64,000 nt of DNA. Origin: Fistulifera solaris (Eukaryota). Under the pieces are notes generated by a model. It saw only the letters and a program-made list of their open reading frames with translations. It was not told where the DNA came from and did not search any database. The translations under genes were made by a program, and so were the position numbers. Location of the stretch: positions 1,116,001-1,180,000 of the forward strand of contig AP026135.1 in NCBI GenBank assembly GCA_030295235.1, written 5' to 3'. Of this stretch, positions 37,216 through 52,766 are shown one piece after another; the first letter of the stretch is position 1; each line of letters starts with the position of its first letter.

Positions 37216-38680
37216 ATGTCTTCCGATAGCGAAACTGATGACAGGAAACCTCCTCCGGTGACCGCCGGTACTCGACTCGCAGTTTCACCGAGCGCAAAAG
37301 TCGAAAAGGATGTTCAGGCCACTTTTTCCGAGCCCGTTCTCGCGCCAAAGTTCGGCCTTGTTCAAGGTTCTATCCCAGCTATTGGTGGTCCTCCGGATGC
37401 AAACTTTACTCGCGAGTGTTAACCTTGTGCCTGCGACGCCCTACTGCTTCCGAGATCCGAATCCTTATCGCGCTGAGAAAAGTTTTAAGGATCGCATCGC
37501 CGGTCTCGACCCCAAGTTCAGTCCTAATGCGAATGACTACCGCCTTGTTGAGCTCGCGGATGAAGCGTTCAACCATTGTATTACGCATGGTCTCGATACG
37601 CCGTTCTACATGAATGATCCTGCTGATCTCAGTCGTGTCATCGATCTCTTCGTGTACCATGGCAAGTTCACTTTCGACGAAGTCGCGAAGCATCTCGAAG
37701 ACATGATCAAGTCCGGTGTCTTTGATCAGTACATGATCAACTCGCTAAGCGATTCGGCTGCTTTTCTGCTCAACTCGTTGGAGCGCTCCTTCCAGCGCAC
37801 GATTCGTACTTCCTTGAGTTCCGGCCATGCGCGCTTTGGCCCTTTGGTTTGGATGAAAATCACCGAAGAAGTTCTTCCCAACGCATTTCGCCGTGTCTCA
37901 GAGCTCGGAGAGGAGTTCACGAAGCGCACGTTGGTTGAAACTCCCGGTGAGAATGTTGCTGCTTGGGCGAATGCGCAGATGGAGACTTTGCAGGAGTTGG
38001 AAGCTAATGACCAGCTCCCTCGCGACCACTTGATTATTTTGCAGCAGCAGCTGTGCAAATGTTCGGTCGGCGTTCGTGTTCACTGGCACACGAAGTTGGC
38101 ATCTCTCTCCGACTTTGTGCGTCTCTCTGCCGGAAAGTCGAAGGAAGTTGCTGAAAGGATGAGCGGTTATACAAACTATCGCCGCATTCTCCATGAAGCT
38201 AAAGATTTCTACAGCACCCTGAAGGACGATTGGGGACCGGCTAAAGGAGTTGCTACTGATGTTAGTGCTAATACTGCGGCTATCAAGAGTCTCAAAGCCG
38301 AGTTCAAGACCCTCAAGTCGAAATTCGAGTCGAACGGCACTAAAACTGCCTCCTCGAAGACCAAAGACAAGAAGGCGAACAAAGACAAGGCTGCTCCGAA
38401 GGCTAGCGGTGGTGATGGCGAAAAGAAAAGCGGTGGTTCGACCGAAACTCGTTGGACTCGCATCGCGCCGAAGGACGGCGAGCCCACCACCATGACCAAG
38501 TAACGGCAAGACTTTCTATTATTGCGCCAAGTGCAAGCGTTGGAACCAGACTCATGGAACCGACGAGCACAAGAGCAAAGAAGAGAAGCCCGCTGATGCC
38601 AAGCCCGCCGCTCCTGCCGCTAATGTTGCTCAAGCTTGGACGGCACCCTTGCAGTTCTGTTGGGGTTCCGACAGCGATTC
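37216..38680 (+). CDS. gag: Retrotransposon Gag (frameshifted at ~37410 and ~38500)
   Basis: GPLVWMKI region and zinc-knuckle-like YYCAKCKRWNQTHGTDEH at ~38517-38570. 3' end uncertain. Confidence 0.75.
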
Positions 38681-41600
38681 GAATAGGAAATCGGCAGGGA
38701 AGGTGAACCTTCGATCGAGGTCCCTTCCTGAGCCTTTTGTCCATATTTATCGGTCGTTTATTGTTGGAGCTTTCGCCGAAGCATTTTATTCTTTGCTGGT
38801 TGATTGTGGAGTGCTTTTCTTGGTGGCGTCATTTCCGTGTTGCTGCGACCATCTCGAAGTGGTTGCGTGCCCAAAGTGCAGCTCATCGTCGCTCTCTTGG
38901 TCTTCGACGCGATTCACGCCTTTGCCCGAGCGTCTCATCTCTCTCCCGTGTCGTTTCATGGTGCTTTCTTCGATCATGACGAGCATGTGGCGAGTGACGC
39001 TTACGCTCGGCGCCCCCGGTGTTGTTTATGGAGTCAACTTGGTGCCCGCCTGGCATGGCTGCTACCAGTTTCATCCAAGTGATCGCAGCCGACGTTTGCG
39101 CCGACCTCCTGATCCTTCTTCATCTTCAAAAGATTCGTCTTGTCAGCATGGTGAGGATGGTGTTTTTCGGCGTCGCAAGCAAAATCGTTTTGTCGAAACT
39201 GCGAGAGGAGCAAACGTCGTCGAAGACTTCGAAGCGATTCCTCGTTGGGCCTTGGAGCTTCCGGATATGATTGACAGCAATGGCCATTTGTGTACCGAGT
39301 CTTTAGATTTATCGTGTCCGCCGAACGGGCATCCTAAGCCTTGGAACCTACTGGACGACTCTCTTCTGTTTTGCTATCCCACTGGGCATTTCTTTCCAGA
39401 GGGAGCTGCTAGTGAAAGTGAGACGATGTTGCTTCGGGAGGGAGATAATAGTGTAGACAACTCTAAAGCCTACTTTGCACCGTACGCGAAGCTGCCCCCG
39501 TCTATTTATGCCCTCCCTGCTTTGCATCAAGTGCATGTCGCTGGAAAGCCTACCATGGCGGATCTGTTTCCGGTTATTTGGGATACTGGAGCCACAGTTG
39601 CTGTTACTTTCGACCGTGCTGACTTCACGTCCTACACTCCGACTACTGGCGATAAAGTTTTGTCTGGCTTTGCTGCAGGTTCTTCGATTGCCGGCACGGG
39701 CACTCTTGAGTGGACTGTTACTCTGTCCAACGGCAAGGGCTTTACTTTTCGGGTCCCTGGATTACATGTGCCCGATGCCAATGTCCGACTCTTCAGCCCA
39801 CAGTCCTACTGTCAATTGGTGAAGGCGCAACGAAACGACGAACCGCGTTTTTCAGGCGACTCGAGCCTCATTCATGTCGATCTGTTGGACGGCCACTTTC
39901 TTGATATTGTTTACTCTCCGGAAAACAACTTGCCTACTCTGGAGATGTTCCGAAAACAATCTGTTGCTCTCAATGCTGCAAAGATTCGAAACTGTGTGAC
40001 CGCGGCTGAGAATCAAAACTTGAGTGAAGCACAGAAATTTCTTCTTCGCTTACATTTCCGATTTGTTCACCGAAGCATGAAAAATATTCAAGCCTTGCTC
40101 AAAACCGGCGCTCTCGGAAATTCTGCTGAAGTCAAAGCGGCGGCGCGTTGTGATATTCCCAAGTGCGCTGCTTGTATGTATGGAAAAGGAAAGCGCAAGT
40201 CGACTGGAGCGAAATTGACCGTCGATCGCCAATCCAAAGTTCTCTCGAAGGATATTTTAATTCCGGGCCAGAAGGTTTCAATGGATCACTTCTCTGTTTC
40301 AACGAGAGGTCGTCTCTACTCTGGTTTCGGTGGTACCAAGGATGATGAGAAGTTCAAAGGCGGTGTTATTTTTGTCGATCATGCAAGTGGCTTCGTGTAT
40401 GTCGTTCACGTTTTGAATTTTACTGCTGGCGAGGCTTTGCGCGCCAAGTTGGAGTTCGAAAGTGCAATGGCTAATCACGGCATCACGGTGGTCCAATATC
40501 ATACCGACAATGGCACGTTTACGGCGCAGGAGTTCGCAAAGCAAATTGATACGAACTACCAGTCGATGACTCTCAGTGGACCTGGTGCTCACCACCAAAA
40601 TGCTGTTGCTGAGCGCGCGATCGGAAGTATTATATCTCTCGCACGCACCACGATGCTACATGCTAAACTGCGTTGGCCGAAAGCGATTTCTTCGGATTTG
40701 TGGCCTCAGGGCGATCGATTATGTCGTTCAAAATTTCAACTACGGACCCGGGCGAAAATAATTCATCTCCGGCTGATATGATCTTCAGAACAACGACCGA
40801 TCGGAAAGTGTTTGCTGATATGCATGTATGGGGATCACCCGCTTATATTTTGAACCCTCAGTTGCAAGATGGGCACAAGATTCCGAAATTTGAACCTCGC
40901 TCGAGACGCGGCGTTTTCTTGGGTTTGTCAAAGCGGCATGCATCGAATGTTCCTGTCGTTCTGAACCTAGAAACAAACCGGATTTCCGCGCAGTTCCATG
41001 TTGTTGTTGATGATTGGTTTGCCACTGTTTCGAATGTTGTTAATGAGGATGATTCTGTCGATCCGGAGACTTGGGCCGACATCTTCGCATCATCTCGCTT
41101 TCAGGTATTTTTCGATGAGGATGATCCGATCGACTTGGATGATGAATGGTTGAGTCAAGATGAGTTGCATGTTCGAATTCAAGAGCGATCTCGCAAAATT
41201 CGAAGCGTCCAAGACACTGCTAGCCCTCCAGTTGATTTCGACAAAGTGCACCAGCGATTACGAACCGATGCCGAGCCTACAACTGAAAAGAGTTCAAACG
41301 AGCCTACATTGCAGAGGGAGCCAGAACAAAAGACAGTTACTACTCCTGTTAAATTATCTGAGCCTATTTCAAAGCCGGTTGAGCCGATTCCTGCTCCAAA
41401 GGTTGCTGTGGATGCCAAGCCTCCATCAAGTTCGCCGCGGAAGAAGACACCAGCGGTTCCTGCCGAACCTCGCCGATCCACTCGCGAGACGTGCTCCAAA
41501 GAGATTCAACGAATTTATTACAAACGTTGCTTCGGTTGTTCTTGCGCCGATTCCTCGCGAAACTTTCTCCTTTATTGCGTCGATTCATTCCGGCCTTGTT

Positions 41601-43639
41601 GCTTGTTGGGATTCGGAGATCGGCGAGTTTGATTTGCGCGACCCTGTTGCTTTCGCCGCTATGCAGCGTGCAAAGAAGCCAAAGAAAGGTTCCGATCCCG
41701 ACTATCCAATGTATCATCAAGCAATGTCGTCTGCCGAATATCGAGAATGGCAAGAGGCGATGGTGAAAGAAATTCGAATGTTGGAGATGATGGGGACGTG
41801 GAAGAAAATTCCGCGAGCTTCAGTACCTGCGAATAAGCGCGTGATAAAATCCACTTGGGCGTTTCGGCTTAAACGTTCACCGGATGGGACACCCACGAAG
41901 TACAAGGCGAGATTTTGCGTTCGTGGCGACATGGAGATAAAAGGAGTAGACTACTTCGAGTCCTACTCTCCTGTCGTACAGTGGTCCACAGTTCGGTTGC
42001 TGTTAATTATGTCCATCGTCCACGGAATGCATACCCGCCAAGTTGATTATGTCAATGCGTTCGCTCAAGCTCCTTTGCCACCTACTGAAGAGTGCTACAT
42101 CGAGATGCCTCAAGGATTTCACGACGATGGCGAAGATACTGTTTTGATGCTCCAAAAGACGCTTTACGGCAAGTCCGACAGTCCTCTCCGATTCTTCAAC
42201 TTATTGAAGGACACTTTGGAGAAGCATGGTTTCAAACAGTTGGTCGACATCGATGCTTGCCTGTTCGTGCACGAAAATTATTTGTTTGACTTATGTCGAT
42301 GATTGCCTTTGGTTCAGTCTCGATGAAAAGTGCATGGATGACATGATTGACACTATTGACAAGGTTTTAACTTTAACTGTGGAGTCGAAAGATGTTTCCG
42401 CGTTCTTGGGAATTCAGTTTACCCGTCGTGGAGATACTATCGAGTTGACCCAGAAAGGTCTCATTAAACGCTGTCATCGAAGCCACCGACATGGCTGATT
42501 GTAATTCTGCGACACGCCTGCTGAAAACAAGCCATTGGGAAAAGATTTGGCTGGTGCTGCGTTTGCCGAGTCTTGGAATTATGCTTCGGTTGTCGGAATG
42601 TTGCTCTACTTGTCGTCAAACTCTCGACCGGATATTGCATTTGCCGTCCATCAGTGCGCTCGTTTCACTCATTCGCCAAGACAAAGTCATGCTAAAGCGA
42701 TCAAGAGAATCGTCCGCTATTTAAAAGGAACGGCAGATCGTGGTTTGGTGATGCGTCCGACGAAAGAGTTGAAAATTGATTGTTTTGTTGATGCCGACTT
42801 TGCCGGATTGTGGGGTGCTGAAGATCCTGAAGATCCGATAAGTGTGAAGTCGCGTACTGGTTATATTTTGACGCTCGGCAATTGCCCCCTACTTTGGGTA
42901 TCGAAGCTACAGTCTGAAATCTCTCTAAGTACAATGGAGAGTGAATATGTCGCATTGAGTACCGCCATGCGCGATGTTTTGCCGATGCGAAGACTTGTTA
43001 CTGCTGTTGCTAAGGCTATTACTGGAGAAGACCAAGTCGAGAGCATTGCCCATTCGGATGTATTTGAAGACAATAATGGAGCTCACTCTTGCTACGATTC
43101 CGCGGATGACCCCTCGCTCGAAGCACTACGGCACGAAGTATCATTTCTTCCGACAACATGTTCAAAGTGGTGAATTGAAAATCAACAAGATTGACACTAA
43201 AGAACAGCTTGCAGATATCATGACGAAAGGAATGCCTAGGGAAACATTTACCTATCTTCGAGACAAGTTAATGGGTTGGGTTGAAAGTGGTCCCTCTTCG
43301 TCTGAGAGGGAGTGTCACGGAAATGCGGATAGCGGGCAGACTACTAGGGACTCAGCCAATATGGCCGCACGACCTAATGCGAATTCCGATCCCCAAATCG
43401 GAAGCATCCGGAGTGTAACCTCTTGGGCGAGGCCCAAGGGTCTTTGCACGATTTGGGTTGATCGTGAAGGCGTGAAAGGTTTGCAAGCAACGCGATACAA
43501 GAATGTTAGAGCCACATACGTGAGCTCAGAATTTCAAGATAAAACAAGACCTAGTCCGATGGCAGTGACATTCTCGGCGGAACCATCACCCAGTGAGATT
43601 CCACCTTGTTCATTTGTCGGATTTGTAAAGGCTTCATAA
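38649..43639 (+). CDS. pol: Retrotransposon Pol: protease, integrase, reverse transcriptase, RNase H (several 1-nt frameshifts)
   Basis: PR IWDTGA; IN HFRFVH...CAAC, SMDH, HTDNG, AERAI; RT KARFCVRG, QVDYVNAF, YVDD; RH FVDADFAG, ESEYVA, QLADIMTK. Confidence 0.95.
43304..43312 (+). promoter_or_regulatory. Polypurine tract
   Basis: GAGAGGGAG immediately before the 3' LTR. Confidence 0.85.
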
Positions 43640-43764
43640 TATTGTTGTTTGGAAAACTTTGACTGTTTATCGTCTTAGCTCTACCAGATACTTCCTCTTC
43701 TGTTGTTGCGAAACGTAGCGACTTGGTTGACAGAATTTCTGTTTCTGTCCGTCGATACGTGAGA
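43313..43764 (+). repeat. 3' LTR (452 bp)
   Basis: Copy of 36666-37116, followed by TSD CTATC. Confidence 0.96.
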
Positions 43765-44418
43765 CTATCCTGTAAAAACTAGCCTCAACTTTTGTCCGAT
43801 TCAAATTGTCTTCAGTCCCGGAATGCTAAGCCGTGTTTCTTCCTTTTTACTCTACAAGTTTTGTCTTTTGTCTAAGCTTTGAATGTGCTGCCATTTGCCT
43901 TACCAGGAAGAGTCCTGATCTTTTTTAACTCTCCGTTTGTACCAGGTAAGGATATTATTATTTGGAGTGACGAGTGACGCACATCGCAGGAATGAATGAA
44001 TAATCATCATCGTCAAGTCCTTACAAAGAATGAAGTCCCTTTCTTTTTTCTTTTCCTAACTACGTAGTACAAAGTACAAGTAGTACTATAGACTACACTG
44101 GCAATCAATTTCACCGCAACATGTTGAATTACTACGGTTTTTGTATCGAAATTCCAAATAATGAAACTATGAAAATCGTGACTGAAGAGTACAGAAAAGG
44201 AACTACCACTGGAAATCAAGTACATTCTGCTTTATAGACGGAGAATCCTATAATTGGAGGGAGATGCAATTTTTGTCTTGCAAGCTTTCCTGGAAAGTCC
44301 TAACACTACCTGGTACCTGCTAACCCTCATAACGAAAATAATGAGCGATCATCTTGCGAAAACTCGTGCTCTCATTTGTGTTGTTGCTACCTGTAATTTA
44401 TATTTTTAATGAACAACA

Positions 44419-47196
<2,778 letters not shown>

Positions 47197-47270
47197 CAAT
47201 GCACAATAAGCTACCACAAATTGGATCGCATAAGTACAAGGAAAACAAGATGGACCATTCTTTATATACG

Positions 47271-48396
47271 TTACAATATTTGCGCTCCCACTTTGGCAAT
47301 ACCTTCTGCTTTCATAAATTCTTCGCGTAATGTGTAAATATATTGCATCATTTTGATTTCAATCGGTGTCATCGTGATAGTATTGAAAAAGTCGACGTGG
47401 AGAACGACGCGTTCTTGTGTTTTGTGCGCATTGAATGTTTCGTGTCGATAGGTAGTATCGTACAACAAGCACTTCCCTTTCTCATAATACCGCTTCTGAT
47501 CCGCTACTTGAATCCATGCGGATTCCGGTTCCAATTCAATGCCCATTTGTGCGGTCAGCCACATGTTGTTGCCATCGGTGTGATTCGGAATGCCCGAATT
47601 GGGTTGCTGTCGATTGAAACCCGCAATGCGTCCAGCCAAGGGTACCGTTTCGAGCAATCGTGTGGTAGTGGGACACAAATGATAAGGAAAGTTGGGTATG
47701 CGATGGCCGTTGTAAAACAAGACCAGTGTTTTCCATCCGCTTTCGTAATTCATACTCGTAACGGATTGGAAACGATCGACACTGTCTTCCATGAGAGCGT
47801 GATATTCTTGCACAATCGTATCGTAATGTTTCGTCAATTGTTGACACAACGCCACTTGCGAAGGCTCATAAAAGGGCTGACCGGGTCCTAATCCAGGCAT
47901 GTAGGCATGTAATTCATCGACTGGTCGAAAGGGATCCAAAGGTTCCTCCAGTTTGGGCAAATCAGGGTTGACCGCGTGTCGCAAGAAGCCAGCGATTCTG
48001 ATTAACTCCTTGTCATTCACAGAGAACTTGGATTTTAATAAAGAAGGAATGAGTTGCCAGAACGGATCGTCCGTTCCTTGTACTGCTTGTCCTAAAACCG
48101 ATTGACTGGCTTGTTCTTGCAACTCTGCTAACCAGGCATCGGTTTCCGATTTCACGTATGGTTTGTTAGTAGAAGGTGCTTTCTTCTTTTGCCCTTTTCA
48201 TTTGTTTGTTTTTCTTTTTTGGGTGTTTGATTTGCTTTCGGTGCACCAAATCCTTTCCCCGAAGATGCTTTGAGCAAAGAAACGATTCGTTGTCTCGAAT
48301 GATGATTATTCGACGACGACGTCACAGAAAAAGGCTCCTGTGTTGCTGTTACAAAGCAGTAGCAACGCACAAAAAAGCTGTCACGAACGATAACAT
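47271..48396 (-). CDS. Aspartyl/asparaginyl beta-hydroxylase-like 2OG-Fe(II) dioxygenase, probably plastid-targeted
   Basis: CPTTTRLL, IPNHTDG (HxD), YDTTYRHETFN and RVVLHVDF. N-terminus reconstructed through two indels as MLSFVTAFLCVATA-FV. Confidence 0.82.
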
Positions 48397-49045
48397 GAAA
48401 AAGAATTATTTGTATAAAGAAAAGAAAGACTGAAAGTTACAAGACATGTAACCTTATCGTCACAAACATCATCATTGTCACATTTCATAATAAAACATCA
48501 ACAATATAAACCGACATCGTCCGATCCACGCGTTTGTTCGGATGCAAGACAGACCATAAACCGAAACCCCATTGTAAACTGCACTATCTAGTAAAGTGTA
48601 AGCGACCTTTTTCTGTGACTCAAGTAAACTGCAGTCCCGAAACCGGTGGTCCACATGATCACGAATGAAGAATGAATGCAAAGCAACGACCACGTGACAT
48701 TAACCTGCCTATAACCGACAAGATTATAGAATGAATTCTATAAAGAAGCTATATTTTGATTCCTCTTATTCGCACTGCAAAAACGTCGGAGTTAACATCC
48801 CTTTTTCCGCCTCACACGCGTTTGCCAGCATGTCTATTGGTTTCGTTGTTGTTTGCCATCCTCTTTTCTTGTCAGCGAATGAATCCCGAAACATATTCAT
48901 GTATCACAAATTATCACTGATTTTTTAGTAGGCTACAGAATAAGCATGTCAAGTACTGCGAATAGTTGCTAGTTATAGCACTCACTTGACTCGTCGCCAT
49001 TCAGACGTCAATATTTGCCTTGGTTCCATCGACTCAATAAAAAGG

Positions 49046-49877
49046 TCACGCATACGCATTTGGATTATCGGGAATATCCGGCATATCTTGCAGCTGATAC
49101 AGCAATCGAATCGCCGGACTATCCCGTTGGAGACTCGCTACTTCAAACTGCGTTTGGAGACCTAACCATTCCAAGGGCCGCAACACTTGTGTGGCACAAA
49201 ACTCATCCAAATCTTCCAAGGAAACGTGCGGTACAAGAATCAAGGAACCCGTGTGTACCGCATTCTGTGTTTTCAGCTCATAAATTTCACTCCAACAAGT
49301 GGCAAACAAATCCGTTGACGGCGAGGCAACGTGGAACCGTTGAATGGCCATTAATCGTCGACCTTCTTCCATGAAATGCAAATCATTGTCGTCGTCTTTT
49401 CCACCTGGACTGTTAGTAATGGGAATATCCAGCAACGATTGATGCATGCTGTCCAAAAAGGCACTCAAGAAGGACATATCCTTTTCTTCGGACGGTTTGT
49501 CGGGTAGGGCGATATGTTGATGTTGTTCGATAATGTCGCCGCGATTTCTCAATACATCTACTGCCAGACACGGTGCCATGGATAATTCACGAAACATGGG
49601 GATCCAGCGGCTCTTATCATCAAAAAAAGTCTATCATGGTCACGTCACTGATATCGGGGAGTGGTGAATTGCTAATGCGGTTAATATCCTTTCCATACGT
49701 TTTTGCCGGAGCGGGACGTGGAGAAGGTTCCTGTTTTCCGAATCCTTTTCCGCTCGCAAAAAGGCATGTTTGTTGTCGCTTATGATGGAAGAGCGATGAA
49801 AAGACAAAGGCAATGGTAGGCAGAGCATTGATCAACACAAACAAAGGAAAAACTTGATGAGAATAATGATATCGCAT
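49046..49877 (-). CDS. Uncharacterised, probably plastid-targeted protein (frameshift in homopolymer 49622-49628)
   Basis: Signal peptide ending TIA-FV, then ASGKGFG. The two ORFs join as IDFF-DDKSRWIPMFREL. Confidence 0.68.
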
Positions 49878-50037
49878 CTGGACGAAGAATAAAAGCAATG
49901 AATCAAAGGATGAAGACTAGTGAGCAGAAGAGATTGTAACAGTAATAAAGGATAGATGACTCTTTTGTACAAAGGATAAAAAAAATCTTTGTTGTTGTGC
50001 AATAGAGCTCGGCGAAAGCGAGGAAATCGTCACCTCT

Positions 50038-50627
50038 CCAGCAAATCTGGGGAGTTTTCCCAGAAAATCTGGGAGGCTGTGTTTTTACATTCCCAGATAA
50101 TCTGGAGGTGCTGTTTTTACGTTTCCAGATAATCTGGGACTGCTGTGTTTTCCCGTTCCCAGATAATCTCGGAATGCTGTTTTTTACGTTCCCAGAAAAT
50201 CTGGGAGAGCTGTGTTTTCCCGATCCCAGAAAATCTGGGAGTGCTGTGTTTTTACGTTCCCAGAAAATCTGGGAGAGCTGTGTTTTACGTTCCCAGATAA
50301 TCTGGGAATGCTGTTTCCCGCTCCCAGAAAATCTGGGAGTGCTGTTTTACGTTCCCAGAAAATCTGGGAGTGCTGTGTTTTTACGTTCCCAGAAAATCTG
50401 GGGATGCTGTTTTTACGTTCCCAAATAATCTTGGAGTGCTGTTTTTACGTTTCCAGAAAATCTTCGCATTTTGTGTTCCTTGTACACAGAAAATCTGTTA
50501 GTTTTGCAATTTCACGGGCACATAAGATCTGTGTATGTTGTTTATTTACATTCAGAGATAATCTGTGCCATCGGTGTTTCAGGTAAGGCATGGTGTGTGA
50601 TGTCTTCACCTCCACAGAAAATCTGGA
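50038..50627. repeat. Minisatellite of 31-34 bp units with palindromic core CCCAGA(A/T)AATCTGGG
   Basis: About 13 clear copies (50059, 50092, 50125, 50158, 50191, 50225, 50259, 50292, 50323, 50354, 50388, 50420, 50453) plus decayed copies up to ~50627. Confidence 0.93.
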
Positions 50628-50948
50628 GTGGCGGCGAATAAAGCAGCCTAACTCATGACTAAAAATCCAGTCGTACTTCTTACATCTTGTCGTTATTATT
50701 GCTTCACCTGTCCCTTCCTAACTTCGCGGTGAAATTTATTCAACTATGGGTTTTTAAGTTGGATACGATATTAGTGATCTCCCCACAGATCTTTTGTCGG
50801 TAACGAATGTGAAGTGGGGTCTTGCGATTACTCAAGAGTACGTTCCCTGCATTTTGTCATGTTAGCCCATCCACAAACCATCCCAAAACAGAATGACTCT
50901 CAAGTACCACTGTTTGTGTGGTCATTCTCTATTGCTATTTTAATTTTT

Positions 50949-52463
50949 TTATGCGGTAGGAGATGCAGCTTCTTCGTTAGCGGCTTCCGTGACGCGGAAT
51001 GCGACCATTTTACCCCATCCCATCTCTCCCAAAGAGCGAGTTTTATGCTCTTCCTCCCACTTAAATGTTTGCTTTCCATTCAATGTGGTCAAAACTACTT
51101 TCTCTCGTTCTTGTTCGGCCACGACATCGACCCAGTTGAATACCATCTCTAAAGTAGCTGTTTCCGGATCAAATTGACGTTGATGACTTGTGCCATCCGC
51201 AAAACGCACAGCAAGTGTCATGAAACCAATGGCCGGATCCGGAAGAGTGGCATTAAACTCCGCACGCCGTTGCTGTATAGCTTCAGCATGTGCCGCAGCG
51301 GCTTGAGCGCGGGCCTCCTCTTCCTCTTTTAGTGCTTGCTCATCGATTTGTCGTTGCCGTTCTTGCACAATACTCGTCCGATACCCTTCCAGCCGTTCTT
51401 GAGCGATTTGTAGTTCCTTTTGAGCGTACTGCATCCTTTGATATAGTTTCTTGTGTCGTTTTCGAATCGTATTGAGCCACGACGCCATGGTGGTCGCATT
51501 TGGAGGGGGGATTGCAATGATGTTGTGAGAGTACCTGACAGGACGCGGTCGCGGAGGCTCTCTTCGAAGTGGCAACTAACAGAACAGGGCGCTTCGAATT
51601 GGGCTCTAGATTCAAGCGTTTGGCGGCGACGACGGCTTCAGGCGATTTGGCCTTGGCGCTCCACAACAAAAACGACGGCGTTGGAATGCTTTTATGAGCT
51701 GATTTTTCCGCCATTTTGGCCACTTCCACCGATAAGAATGATTCGATTGCAATCTTGTCAGCTGCAGTCTGATGATCAGGACGGTTGGAAGGTATTAATA
51801 CAAGTAATAGCCGTGATTGCGATCGTGCTAGTTGTAAGGCATCTTGAATCGAACCCCCACTATCGCTGGGTATCTTTTCTCTTCGGATGCGGTTTCGTAA
51901 TCGTTTCGAGTCGCTTTGACTTTGTATGCAGCGGCCAAATAGTTTGCGAAATCCCGGTGATCATTGCTATTTGCGTTCGAAACGTCACTATCCTCACCAT
52001 CTTCTTCTACGGATGACGATGATAGCAACGAGATCCAAAATTGCGACAAACGCTTAGTGATCTTTTCTACAATTGTGACGCCTTCATCGCCGCTCCCTGG
52101 AGAGAATGCCACAGAAAAGGCCCTTATTGCCGCTTTGAAAACTCCCAACGTTGTCTTTCCAGTCGCTTTAACAGCCATTGAAACGAAAGTAGTATCCTCC
52201 GCATCCTCCCTTTCGTCGTCATTTTCACTAGCAGCTTCCGACACTTCCTCGTCCTCCTCCTGACCTATTTCGTCCTCTTCTTCTTCCTCCTCATCATCTT
52301 CGTTCAAAGTTGCACCACCGCGTTGAATATCGTCCCATCGGCGTGTATTTCTGGTGTTGACTGGAGAAGCAAGAGAGAGTGAAGACTGTTGAATTGTACG
52401 AGATAGCGGATGCACAAAAGAGCATTGCAGCAAGAGAACGATGATTGCTGCGAGTCGATGCAT
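50949..52463 (-). CDS. UBX-domain protein (FAF2-like: UAS/thioredoxin-like region, coiled coil, UBX) with signal peptide; frameshifted
   Basis: C-terminal LAVRFADGTSHQRQFDP...VFNWV...SLGEMG, coiled coil, N-terminal signal peptide and RGG. Indels near 51850 and 51580. Confidence 0.78.
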
Positions 52464-52766
52464 TGTACAGTACTTTTTGTCTCCAATCAATGATTGTGAA
52501 CTCTAACTAGATAAAATTCTGGTAATGAAATAATCAAAGAGAAGTGAGAATGCAAATGAGCGCATCCGTAACTTCCAAATGGAAGCAGACGACGATAAGC
52601 GATAGGGTTCAATAACTGTACGACGTACAGTCGTACTACAGCTGGTACTGCAACATGGCTAGAGGGACAAATAAAACAAAACTACTCTCGCAACGAGAAA
52701 GAAACGACAGATTAAGAGTTATACGATGTGATTGTGTTCCAAGGACCAAGCGCGAGTCCCTAGACT

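Larger units (their letters stand above)
36666..43764 (+). mobile_element. Full-length Ty1/copia LTR retrotransposon (CoDi-like)
   Basis: LTRs 36666-37116 and 43313-43764; TSD CTATC at 36661-36665 and 43765-43769; domain order gag-PR-IN-RT-RH. Confidence 0.97.

Noticed and set aside
47271..48396. Hydroxylase as tailoring enzyme for the RxL peptides (RiPP-like cluster)
   Set aside because: It lies 14 kb or more from any precursor among housekeeping genes and appears plastid-targeted; no evidence of linkage.
50108..50586. ORFs within the minisatellite
   Set aside because: Translation of tandem repeat; non-ATG starts.
50038..50627. CRISPR array
   Set aside because: The linkers are variants of one sequence rather than unique spacers, there are no cas genes, and the context is eukaryotic.
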